From Salinispira pacifica (GTDB lineage Bacteria > Spirochaetota > Spirochaetia > DSM-27196 > Salinispiraceae): a stretch of 64,000 nt of DNA. The notes under the pieces are model-generated. The model was not told where the DNA came from. It was given only the letters and a program-made list of their open reading frames with translations, and made no database searches. The DNA lies in the NCBI RefSeq assembly GCF_000507245.1, contig NC_023035.1, forward strand, positions 2,335,570 through 2,399,569. Direction: 5' to 3'. Shown here one piece after another: positions 28,194 through 36,678 of this stretch (positions within the stretch are counted from its first letter, which is position 1; each line of letters begins with the position of its first letter). A program made the translations under genes and the position numbers.

Positions 28194-29474
28194 ATGTTAG
28201 ATATTAAATTTATCCGAGATAACATCGAAGCCGTAAAGGCCAATATTTCTGCACGGAACATGTCTGCAGATCCCACCCTGGTTGTGGAACTCTATGAGAA
28301 GCGCAATGCCCGCATTCAGGAGCTCGACACACTCCGTCAGGCCCGGAACGACAATGCCAAGAAAATGAAGGGCCCCATGGATCAGGATGCACGTCAGCAG
28401 CTGATTCAGGAGGGTAAGGAGATCAAGGAAAAGATTTCCTCATCGGAAGCAGAGCTCCAAAATATTGAAGCCCGGATGTATGATGAGGCCCGGAAAATTC
28501 CCAATATGGCCCATCCCGATGCTCCCATCGGCAAAGAAGACAAGGACAATCTTGAGCTGAAGAAGCTTGGAGATGTTCCCCGGTTCGGCTTCACTCCCAA
28601 AGATCATGTAGAACTGGGAGAACTGCTTGATATTATCGATTTTGAAAAAGGAACCAAAGTCTCGGGTACCAAATTTTACTTTCTGAAAAATGAAGGAGTG
28701 TACCTGGAGATGGGGCTGATCCGCTACGCCCTGGATATTCTGCAGAAGCACGGTTTTACCCCCACCATCACTCCGGACATTGCCAAGGAAGAGGTTGTTC
28801 AGGGCATCGGGTTCAATCCCCGGGGCGAAGAGAGCAATATTTACACCATTGAAGGAACCGACAGCTGCCTGGTAGGAACCGCAGAGATCACCCTGGGAGG
28901 GTATCATTCCGGTGAGATGCTGGAAGCGGAGGATCTCCCCATCAAGCTGGCGGGGGTTTCCCACTGTTTCCGCCGGGAAGCCGGCGCCGCAGGACAGTTC
29001 TCCAAAGGACTGTACCGGGTGCATCAGTTCACGAAAATTGAAATGTTTGTATACGCCTCACCTGAATCCTCCCCACAGCTCCACGAGGATCTGAGGGAGA
29101 TCGAAGAGGAAATCTTCACCGGTCTGGGGATTCCCTTCCGGGTGGTGGATACATGCACCGGAGATCTGGGTGCTCCTGCATACCGCAAGTACGATCTGGA
29201 AGCATGGATGCCCGGACGGGGCGAACAGGGCGGCTGGGGGGAGATCACCTCAACCTCCAACTGCACCGACTACCAGGCCCGGCGCCTGGGAGTACGCTAC
29301 CGCGACGGTAAAACCAAGGGCCATGTGCATATGCTGAACGGTACCGCCATTGCCATCAGCAGGGCGATTATCAGCATTCTGGAAAACTTTCAGCAGGAAG
29401 ACGGATCGGTACACATGCCTGAAGCTCTGGTGCCCTACCTGGGCTTCGATACCATCCGCCCCCGTAAAAACTGA
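28194..29474 (+). CDS. serS: Seryl-tRNA synthetase
   Basis: MLDIKFIRDN... N-terminal coiled-coil arm, with class II motifs (...FRREAGAAG..., ...GTAIAISRAIISILENFQ). The ORF track begins at 28158. Confidence 0.9.
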   Translation: MLDIKFIRDNIEAVKANISARNMSADPTLVVELYEKRNARIQELDTLRQARNDNAKKMKGPMDQDARQQLIQEGKEIKEKISSSEAELQNIEARMYDEARKIPNMAHPDAPIGKEDKDNLELKKLGDVPRFGFTPKDHVELGELLDIIDFEKGTKVSGTKFYFLKNEGVYLEMGLIRYALDILQKHGFTPTITPDIAKEEVVQGIGFNPRGEESNIYTIEGTDSCLVGTAEITLGGYHSGEMLEAEDLPIKLAGVSHCFRREAGAAGQFSKGLYRVHQFTKIEMFVYASPESSPQLHEDLREIEEEIFTGLGIPFRVVDTCTGDLGAPAYRKYDLEAWMPGRGEQGGWGEITSTSNCTDYQARRLGVRYRDGKTKGHVHMLNGTAIAISRAIISILENFQQEDGSVHMPEALVPYLGFDTIRPRKN

Positions 29475-29475
29475 T

Positions 29476-30687
29476 ATGTCCGCCTCCTCCGTTTCCCAGA
29501 TCAGGAACTCCCGGGTCTCCCCAACGGAGATTGTAGCGGAAATCGGTTCCGGTCATAGAAAAGACCGGAACCGGGCCCGGGATCTGATTGCAGCAGCGTC
29601 AGATGCCGGCGCCGACACGGTGAAATTTCAGCATTTTTATGCCGATGAAATTGTTCATCCCCTGACAGGGATGGTGGAACTTCCCGGGGGTTCAGTTCCC
29701 CTCCACAGCCGCTTCAGGGAGCTTGAACTGGATGCCGGTTTTCTTGAGTTCCTGAAAAACGAGTCGGAAAAGAACCAGCTCCGGTTTTTCTGTTCGCCCT
29801 TCGGTATCCGCAGTGCACAGGATCTTATCAAACTGGGGGAATCATCCTTTAAAATTGCCAGTCCGGAACTGAATCACATCCCCCTCCTGGATTTCCTCAA
29901 CACCCGGGCAGAGTCTCTGGTTCTTTCCACCGGAGTGAGCCGTCTGGGTGATATGGAGGAAGCTCTCTCCCATGTGGGAGATACTGAACAGCTCAGCCTT
30001 CTTCACTGCATCACCAGCTATCCTGCCAGGGAAGAAGAGTACAATCTTCGCCTCATTCCCGGATTGCATGCCCTCTTCGGCATTCCTGCGGGACTGTCGG
30101 ATCACAGCATAGATCCTGTACTGGTGCCCTCCCTGGCAGTGCTTCTGGGAGCCCATATGGTGGAGAAGCATTTCACCCTGAGCCGCAGCGACGGCGGTCT
30201 GGACGATCCCATCGCATTGCCCCCGGAGGAGTTCGGCAGAATGACCCGGGCCATACGGGAGGCGGAATCCGTGATTTATTCTTCCCCGCACATCGGTTCT
30301 TCTTCCCGACACATTGCGGACTCACCGGCTTCACCCCGGGAACATGCCCTTCCCTCCTCCGGTACAATCCTTGAGCATGCAGGCAGACACAGTCTGCTGG
30401 CCCCTTTCTCCCCGGACAGAATACGCAGCATCCTGGGAGACGGAGTGAAGCGTCTTGCACCGGGGGAAAGGGAAAACTACGGAAAAAGCAACAGAAGCAT
30501 TCACGCCCTCATCGATCTTCAGCCAGGGGATATTCTCAGCGACACCAATATGGCAGTGCTCCGCAGCGAGAAAAACCTCCGGCCGGGACTTCATCCCCGA
30601 CATTTTCTTCAGATTACCGGCTCCAGAGTTCAACGCAGCATCCGGGCCGGTGAAGGAATTGTATTCACAGATCTCATGATCCGCTGA
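29476..30687 (+). CDS. NeuB-family nonulosonic acid (sialic/pseudaminic/legionaminic acid) synthase with C-terminal SAF domain and an unusually long inter-domain linker
   Basis: From the internal ATG (2 nt after the serS stop): IVAEIGSGHRKDRNRARDLIAAASDAGADTVKFQ, HCITSYP and GLSDHS motifs of NeuB/PseI/LegI. The C-terminal SAF domain (...PGLHPRHFLQITGSRVQRSIRAGEGIVFTDL) follows an insertion of about 80 aa that is Ser/Pro-rich. Confidence 0.65.
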   Translation: MSASSVSQIRNSRVSPTEIVAEIGSGHRKDRNRARDLIAAASDAGADTVKFQHFYADEIVHPLTGMVELPGGSVPLHSRFRELELDAGFLEFLKNESEKNQLRFFCSPFGIRSAQDLIKLGESSFKIASPELNHIPLLDFLNTRAESLVLSTGVSRLGDMEEALSHVGDTEQLSLLHCITSYPAREEEYNLRLIPGLHALFGIPAGLSDHSIDPVLVPSLAVLLGAHMVEKHFTLSRSDGGLDDPIALPPEEFGRMTRAIREAESVIYSSPHIGSSSRHIADSPASPREHALPSSGTILEHAGRHSLLAPFSPDRIRSILGDGVKRLAPGERENYGKSNRSIHALIDLQPGDILSDTNMAVLRSEKNLRPGLHPRHFLQITGSRVQRSIRAGEGIVFTDLMIR

Positions 30688-30721
30688 TACAGAATTCGAT
30701 AATCTGACCTTACTGAATCCG

Positions 30722-30758
30722 AATATTGGGTGCTTTGATAATATTGGGTGCTTTGATA
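30722..30758 (+). repeat. Tandem direct repeat (2 x about 19 bp, aatattgggtgctttgata) abutting the -35 box of the gntR operon promoter
   Basis: Seen directly: ...ccgaatattgggtgctttgataatattgggtgctttgatattgaca... Confidence 0.8.
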
Positions 30759-30787
30759 TTGACAGCTTGCCACCGGCAAATTACTAT
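30759..30787 (+). promoter_or_regulatory. Sigma70-type promoter of the gntR-spfh-ABC-lolA-like-omp operon with an operator-like palindrome in the spacer
   Basis: TTGACA (30759-30764), a 17-bp spacer gcttgccaccggcaaat containing the inverted repeat ttgcc-N3-ggcaa, then TACTAT (30782-30787). Start codon at 30826. Confidence 0.5.
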
Positions 30788-30825
30788 TGTATTAAAGCAT
30801 TAGTACAAGCATACAAGGAGATGGG

Positions 30826-31227
30826 GTGGCAGCTTCAGATATCCGGCAGTCCGGTATTCCGTTCAGTCTCGATCCCAAAAGCGGAGTACCCTACTATAAG
30901 CAGATTATACTCCAGATTGAGATGGCAATTGCAGACGGAAGGCTGACCACCGGCGACCAGCTGCCCACGGTGAGAAGCCTTGCGGTGACCCTGAAAATCA
31001 ACCCCAACACCGTAGCCCGGGCCTACAGCGAACTGGAAATCCGGAACCTGGTCACCACTCAGCAGGGTACCGGCACCTTTATCAGCGATAAAGAGGTGAA
31101 GCTCAGCGAGGTGGAGCGGGAGGAGAAGCTTGAAGAGATGGTCCGGACCTTTTTATCCAGGGGCCGATCCTACGGGTTCAGCCCCCGGGAGCTGGCGGAA
31201 GCTGTGCGCAGGGCCGGGGAAACCTGA
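30826..31227 (+). CDS. GntR-family transcriptional regulator, YtrA-like short subfamily
   Basis: 133 aa. Winged HTH (...YKQIILQIEMAIADGRLTTGDQLPTVRSLAVTLKINPNTVARAYSELEIRNLV...) plus a short C-terminal helical dimerisation region. YtrA-type regulators typically precede ABC transporter operons. Confidence 0.8.
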   Translation: MAASDIRQSGIPFSLDPKSGVPYYKQIILQIEMAIADGRLTTGDQLPTVRSLAVTLKINPNTVARAYSELEIRNLVTTQQGTGTFISDKEVKLSEVEREEKLEEMVRTFLSRGRSYGFSPRELAEAVRRAGET

Positions 31228-31271
31228 GGAATCATACAGCGGGAGCCGGGGACTGCTAATCCGGCCTTTTT

Positions 31272-31310
31272 GATCATCGGTCCTGATTTTTCCGGATCAT
31301 CGGTCCTGAA
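31272..31310 (+). repeat. Perfect 15-bp direct repeat (gatcatcggtcctga) x2, 9 nt apart, between gntR and the SPFH gene
   Basis: Seen directly at 31272-31286 and 31296-31310. Confidence 0.8.
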
Positions 31311-31387
31311 TTTCACCGGCATCCTGTGGTCAATCACGAACGGGACTGTCTGAAAAGCACCAAAACGCCCATCCACGGAGGATACAG

Positions 31388-32614
31388 ATGGAAAAACATT
31401 TCAATGCCCTGAACAGAATCAAGAATCCCATGCCCAGAGTTCAGAAGGGGGATTTCCGCTTCAGTATATATTCCTTCTTCTCCATGCTGGGAATCTTTGC
31501 AGTCTTTGCGGGTATGCAGTGGCTCATTGCAGGAGGGGTGAACCTGGAGATTATTATTCGGGGCAGCATTGCCCTTGCCGCAGCCGCGTTGGTCTATCTG
31601 CTTCTTCCCAGGTGGTCGGCGCTGATTCTGGTGATCATTATCAGCCAGGGCATTGCCCTGGTTCCCCTGCCCCGGGAAGTGCTCTCCGCTCTCCCTTCGG
31701 GAGCGGGTGCGTCACCAGGCCCCTGGGATGGCATCGCTCTGGCGGGCCTGGTTCTGGCGGTGCTCAGCGGACCCTCGGTGCAGCTGATCTTTCAATGGGA
31801 GAAGGCGGTGGTGCTCCGGCTGGGTAAATTCCACCGGGTCCGGGATCCGGGCATTTTTCTCCTGGTTCCGGTTATGGACCGATGCACCGCCTTCGTGGAT
31901 ACCCGCATACGGGTGACGGATTTCAGCGTGGAAAAAATCCTTACCAGCGATACGGTGCCGGTACACGTGGATGCCCTGGCCTTCTGGATGATCTGGGATC
32001 CCGGCAGGGCAATTCTGGAGGTTGAAGACTATATTTCAGCGGTGACCCTTTCGGCTCAGGCGGCACTGAGGGATAGTATCGGGAAGTACAGTCTTACAAC
32101 CCTTCTCAGCGAAAGGGATACTCTTTACCGGGAGATCCAGACCATTCTTGACGCCAAAACCAATCCCTGGGGCATCACCATTCTCAGCGTTGAGTTCACC
32201 GATATCATTCTTCCCGATGATCTTCAGGATGTGATGTCCAAGAAGGCCCAGGCAGAGCGTGAGAAGGAAGCCAGGCTCTATCTTGCCCAGGCCGAGTATG
32301 ATATTGCGGTGGAGATGTCCAGGGCTTCCCGGCAGTATAACGGCGACAGTGAAGCGCTGAATTTACGGGCCATGAATATGGTATACGACAGCATGAAGAC
32401 CCGGGGAAGCATGGTGATGCTGCCCTCGGGAGTACTTGAACGGATGAATATGGGCACGACACTGGGTGTCAGTGCATTTGCGGAATCCGCCATGAAAGAC
32501 GGAGATTCACCGGCAGAACATGAGGATCCTGTGACTGCAGAACCACAGAGCGATACAAATAACCAGAACAAGAGGGATACGCCCCAGGAGCGGGATCCCG
32601 GGAGGAAATCATGA
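31388..32614 (+). CDS. SPFH/band-7 (stomatin-like) protein with a 4-TM N-terminal domain and charged coiled-coil tail
   Basis: Four N-terminal hydrophobic helices, then a canonical stomatin/PHB core (...WEKAVVLRLGKFHRVRDPGIFLLVPVMDR...VDTRIRVTDF...DTVPVHVDALAFWMIWDP...ILSVEFTDIILPDDLQDVMSKKAQAEREKEARL...). GGAGGA RBS. Confidence 0.8.
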   Translation: MEKHFNALNRIKNPMPRVQKGDFRFSIYSFFSMLGIFAVFAGMQWLIAGGVNLEIIIRGSIALAAAALVYLLLPRWSALILVIIISQGIALVPLPREVLSALPSGAGASPGPWDGIALAGLVLAVLSGPSVQLIFQWEKAVVLRLGKFHRVRDPGIFLLVPVMDRCTAFVDTRIRVTDFSVEKILTSDTVPVHVDALAFWMIWDPGRAILEVEDYISAVTLSAQAALRDSIGKYSLTTLLSERDTLYREIQTILDAKTNPWGITILSVEFTDIILPDDLQDVMSKKAQAEREKEARLYLAQAEYDIAVEMSRASRQYNGDSEALNLRAMNMVYDSMKTRGSMVMLPSGVLERMNMGTTLGVSAFAESAMKDGDSPAEHEDPVTAEPQSDTNNQNKRDTPQERDPGRKS

Positions 32615-33288
32615 TCAGCACACAGAACGTTCACCGCACATATCAGAGCGGGGAAACCAGTGTTCACGCACTGAAAGGGGTGGACCTTGAGATTGAAACC
32701 GGAGAATTTCTCTCGATTGCAGGACCCAGCGGCTCGGGGAAAACCACCCTTCTGAATATTCTGGGCTGCATCGACAGCGCGGATGAGGGAGTTGTCCACA
32801 TCGACGGGACGGAGATCACATCAATTCCCCACGGCAAGCTTGCTTCCTTCCGACGGGAGAAACTGGGCTTTGTTTTTCAATCCTTTAATCTGATACCGGT
32901 GCTCAGCGCATATGAAAATGTTGCACTGGCTCTGAATCTTCTGAAAATACCTGAAGATGAGATCAAGAAGCGTACCATGGCGCTCCTGAAGGAAGTGGGC
33001 CTGGAAGGAATGGAGAACCGGCGCCCGGGGAAACTGTCCGGGGGTCAGCAGCAGCGGGTGGCCATAGCTCGGGCACTGATCAAGGAACCGGCCATAGTAC
33101 TGGCAGACGAGCCCACGGCAAATCTGGACAGCGAAACCGGACAGGAGATTCTTGAACTGATGAAGAAGATGAACTCCAAGACCAACACCACATTTATTTT
33201 CAGCACCCACGACAAGATGGTGATGGATTACGCCCGAAGGCTTGTGCTGCTCCATGACGGCTATGTCCAGAAGGACGAACGGAGGTAA
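32611..33288 (+). CDS. ABC transporter ATP-binding protein, MacB/LolD/FtsE-type
   Basis: Walker A GPSGSGKTT, signature LSGGQQQRVAIARAL, Walker B IVLADEPTANLD. The start overlaps the SPFH stop (ATGA). Confidence 0.85.
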   Translation: MISTQNVHRTYQSGETSVHALKGVDLEIETGEFLSIAGPSGSGKTTLLNILGCIDSADEGVVHIDGTEITSIPHGKLASFRREKLGFVFQSFNLIPVLSAYENVALALNLLKIPEDEIKKRTMALLKEVGLEGMENRRPGKLSGGQQQRVAIARALIKEPAIVLADEPTANLDSETGQEILELMKKMNSKTNTTFIFSTHDKMVMDYARRLVLLHDGYVQKDERR

Positions 33289-33290
33289 TC

Positions 33291-34550
33291 ATGAAATTCC
33301 TCATAGCACTTTCCTTCAAGAACCTTGCCCGGTACACAAAACGCACCATCATCACTGCTTCGGCAATCGCATTCGGACTGGCCATGTTTTTATTCATCGA
33401 CAGCATGCTCAAGGGTGCCGAAAAAGATTCTGAACGAAATCTCATCTGGTATGAAACTGCCTCGGCACGGGTGTATGCCAGGGAAAACCTCGATGACTGG
33501 CGGAAAATGAATCTGAAACACATGATTGAGAATCCCGGAGAAATTATCTCCGCCATAGAAGATGCCGGCTACGAAGCGGCCCCCCGAGCGGCTTTCAGCG
33601 GGGAAATGGTGGTATACCGCGATCCGTTTCCCGAGGACGGATCTGTACAGGTGAGGCTCTTCGCCGTGGATCCTGTGAAGGATCCCGACGTATACCGGAT
33701 GAAGGAGTCCCTGATCGACGGCTCCTCCTGGCTGGAGGAAGGAAGCAACGGAGTAATTATGGGCAGCTGGATGGCCGAGGATCTGGGTGCGGATATCGGG
33801 TATCCGGTTACCATCGTCACCCGTACCCGGGACGGAGCGTTTCAGACCATCGATCTTGAAATTACCGGTCTGATCAAAACCGCAAATCCCATGGTGAACC
33901 GCAGCAGCCTTCTCATGGATCTGAGTTATGCGGATGCCATGCTGAACCTTGATGGTGCAGTGAGCCAGATCGATGTTTCCTACCCCCTGGCCGCCGACGA
34001 CCGGGAGGAAGTTGCCGCACTGAAAGCCGCCCTTCCTTCTCAGAGGGATGATGTGAGTGTGGTCAGCTGGAGGTTTCTTGCAGGGGATTACCTGAGCCTT
34101 GCCGCCGCAAAGCAGAGCGGTACGCTGGTAATTCTGGGGCTGGTATTCATTATCGCCCTGGTGGGGATTTCCAACACCATGCTGCTTGCAATGTATGAAC
34201 GGCGGCGGGAGCTGGGTATGCTCAGGGCCATGGGTATGACCGACAGAGAGATTGGCCTGAGCTTCATGATGGAAGCCGGAGGCATAGGACTTATCGGCAG
34301 TCTCATCGGAGCAATCATCGGGGCTGCACTGGTGTGGTTTCTGGTAGATGTGGGCATCAATTTTGAATTTATCCTTCGGGATTTCGACGCCGGATACCGC
34401 ATCAGTTCGGTGTTCCGGGGAATCTGGCGACCCGGCATGTTCGTTCTCGCCGCGGTTTTCGGAGTAGTAATGTCCATGATAGTGGCCCTCATCCCCACCC
34501 GGCAGGCGCTGAAAATGCGGATAACCGACTGCCTTCATGCGGAAACATAG
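33291..34550 (+). CDS. FtsX-family ABC permease with a large periplasmic MacB-like domain (LolC/LolE/MacB type)
   Basis: 419 aa: N-terminal TM, a periplasmic domain of about 220 aa, then 3 C-terminal TMs with the FtsX-type motif (...MYERRRELGMLRAMGMTDREI...). Confidence 0.8.
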   Translation: MKFLIALSFKNLARYTKRTIITASAIAFGLAMFLFIDSMLKGAEKDSERNLIWYETASARVYARENLDDWRKMNLKHMIENPGEIISAIEDAGYEAAPRAAFSGEMVVYRDPFPEDGSVQVRLFAVDPVKDPDVYRMKESLIDGSSWLEEGSNGVIMGSWMAEDLGADIGYPVTIVTRTRDGAFQTIDLEITGLIKTANPMVNRSSLLMDLSYADAMLNLDGAVSQIDVSYPLAADDREEVAALKAALPSQRDDVSVVSWRFLAGDYLSLAAAKQSGTLVILGLVFIIALVGISNTMLLAMYERRRELGMLRAMGMTDREIGLSFMMEAGGIGLIGSLIGAIIGAALVWFLVDVGINFEFILRDFDAGYRISSVFRGIWRPGMFVLAAVFGVVMSMIVALIPTRQALKMRITDCLHAET

Positions 34551-34559
34551 GAGAGGCTT

Positions 34560-35786
34560 ATGAAACTTCACATAATGGCATGGCGAAACATTCAACGGAA
34601 TACCAGGCGTACCGCCCTGTCGGTATCGGCTATCGCAGTTGCTGCAATGGCAATAGTGCTGTTGTTCTCCCTGCTGGCCGGTTTGAGCAATGAACTGAAA
34701 AGCAATCTGCAAACCTTCTACTTCGGTGAGCTGCGGATCCGGCATGCCCAGTATGAAAAGCACGCCAATCTCAATCCCCTGCACCTCAGTGTGGAGTCAG
34801 CCTCCCGCCTCATAGCTGAACTTGAGTCCAGCCCCGCATTGGAACAGGCATCGGCCCGTATTCAGTTCCCGGCTGCAGTGTATGAAGAGGGAAATAATAT
34901 CGGAGTTTCAGCCATGGGGCTGGACTTCTCAAAGGACCTGATGGAACCGGGAACATATCTGATTGAAGGCCGGCTGCCCCGTCCCGGCGAACAGGAGGTC
35001 CTCCTAGGCAGTTCAGCCGCCGGCTCCCTGAACAAAGGCGTAGGCGATTCATTTACCGCCCTCTCCACCACCCTGCGGCGGGCCAGCAATGCCATGACTT
35101 TTGAGGTGGTGGGCGTTGCCTCATTTCCCCTGGCCGATGTGAACTCCCGAATTTATCTGCCGGTGGATACCGTTCAACGCTTCCTGAAGACCGGAGACCG
35201 GGCGGTAGATGTGGTAATGGAAGCTGCCGGCGAATACAGCCTGGAAGATGCACGGACCGCCGCAGCCGCCATTCTGGAAAGTTATCCTCAAAAGGAGGAT
35301 CTCCTGCTGGAGACCTGGAACCGGATCCCTTCAAGCTATATATTTATCCGCATGGCCCAGATGGTCTACTACATTGCCGGAGCGGTCTTCTATGTGCTGG
35401 CTTCCACGGTGATAATCAACACCATCATGATGATCATCTTTGAGCGCACCCGGGAAATCGGCACCCTGGCCAGCATGGGTATGAGCGGGAAAGACATCGT
35501 CCGGATGTTCTTCCTGGAATCCTTTTTCATCAGTACCATTGGAAGTGTTGCCGGTGCAGCTGTGGGCGCAGGATTTACCCTCATTCTGGAGAATACGGGG
35601 ATTGACCTCACATCCGCCATGGAAGGAGTTGACTTTGAAATCTCAGGGGTTGTGTATCCCCACCTGACCGCCGTGAACATTCTCATCGCAGTAGTTACGG
35701 GTATTATTGTTGCCTCGGGCATCAGTCTGATACCCTCACGCAGGGCATCGGGAATTAAGCCCGTGGAAGCAATGAAGAGCATATAG
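34560..35786 (+). CDS. Second FtsX-family ABC permease (paralogous partner)
   Basis: 408 aa with the same architecture (...IFERTREIGTLASMGMSGKDI...). Confidence 0.8.
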   Translation: MKLHIMAWRNIQRNTRRTALSVSAIAVAAMAIVLLFSLLAGLSNELKSNLQTFYFGELRIRHAQYEKHANLNPLHLSVESASRLIAELESSPALEQASARIQFPAAVYEEGNNIGVSAMGLDFSKDLMEPGTYLIEGRLPRPGEQEVLLGSSAAGSLNKGVGDSFTALSTTLRRASNAMTFEVVGVASFPLADVNSRIYLPVDTVQRFLKTGDRAVDVVMEAAGEYSLEDARTAAAAILESYPQKEDLLLETWNRIPSSYIFIRMAQMVYYIAGAVFYVLASTVIINTIMMIIFERTREIGTLASMGMSGKDIVRMFFLESFFISTIGSVAGAAVGAGFTLILENTGIDLTSAMEGVDFEISGVVYPHLTAVNILIAVVTGIIVASGISLIPSRRASGIKPVEAMKSI

Positions 35787-35879
35787 CATATTGAGTGTAC
35801 AGAAGGCATTCCGGCTGCCCCACCATACGGCACAATGCCGGGGACCGCGGGGAAAGCCGCTGCACTAACTGGAGGTACC

Positions 35880-36623
35880 ATGCACAAACGAATCGCAATC
35901 ATAACCGTTCTTCTCATTCTGGGACTCAGCTCCCTCTGGGCCCAGTTTGAGAGAGCCGAGGAAATAATCCTGGAGATGGAAGATCAGGAGGTGTTTGACA
36001 GCGCCTACATTCAGGGAAAAATGATAATCAACGACCGTTTCGGTGAAAAAGTGAGCACCTTTGACAGCTGGTCTCTGGGCAGCGACTACAGTCTGATAGA
36101 ATTCACCAGCGTGGAGGAACGGGGACAGAAAATCCTGCGAAACGACGACGACCTGTATCTCTATTATCCCGATGCCGATGAAGTGATCCGCCTTTCCGGA
36201 GCAGCTCTCAGGGACGGAATTCTCGGTTCAGATGTGAGCTATGAGGATATGACCGGAGATAAATCCCTGCTGGCAGACTACCGGGTCAGCGGATTTGAGG
36301 AAGACCGGCTCACAGGAAAGGATGTATACGTAGTTGAACTGGAAGCTCTCCGTTCATCGGTTCCGTACCAGAAACAGATTCTCTGGATCGAACAGGACCG
36401 CCTGGTGGGAATGCAGGCACACAAATTTTCCCTGAGCGGCAGACTGCTGAAGGTTGAGCGGGTGCTGGAATACCGCGCGATGGATGAATACCTGTTCCCG
36501 GTTCATATTGTCACAGAGGATAAGCTCAAGCAAAATTCCAGCACAGAGTTTATAATTGAAGAGATAGATCTTGATTATCCCCTGGATCGAGGATTCTTCT
36601 CCCTGGATGAACTTACCTGGTGA
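35880..36623 (+). CDS. LolA-like outer-membrane lipoprotein-sorting/carrier-fold protein (PF17131-like), secreted
   Basis: Signal peptide MHKRIAIITVLLILGLSSLWAQ from the internal ATG, with a GGAGG RBS. Core ...ILRNDDDLYLYYPDADEVIRLSGAALRDGILGSDVSYEDM matches the LolA-like family pattern (rng-d-W-Y-P...v-ri-s......GSDFsYeD). Confidence 0.55.
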   Translation: MHKRIAIITVLLILGLSSLWAQFERAEEIILEMEDQEVFDSAYIQGKMIINDRFGEKVSTFDSWSLGSDYSLIEFTSVEERGQKILRNDDDLYLYYPDADEVIRLSGAALRDGILGSDVSYEDMTGDKSLLADYRVSGFEEDRLTGKDVYVVELEALRSSVPYQKQILWIEQDRLVGMQAHKFSLSGRLLKVERVLEYRAMDEYLFPVHIVTEDKLKQNSSTEFIIEEIDLDYPLDRGFFSLDELTW

Positions 36624-36678
36624 GACGGGCTCCCATTCCCGGGCAAGGAGGATTATTTTGATACCCAATCGAGCACTG

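Noticed and set aside
33390-34784. Long antisense ORFs inside confidently assigned genes: 464 aa opposite the FtsX permease, 412 aa at 39603..40841 opposite the cyclase, 250 aa at 11006..11758, 298 aa at 18811..19707, 265 aa at 24142..24939, 251 aa at 16169..16924
   Set aside because: These are typical shadow ORFs of high-GC DNA. The opposite-strand genes have strong family signatures, and these ORFs have none and lack RBS context.
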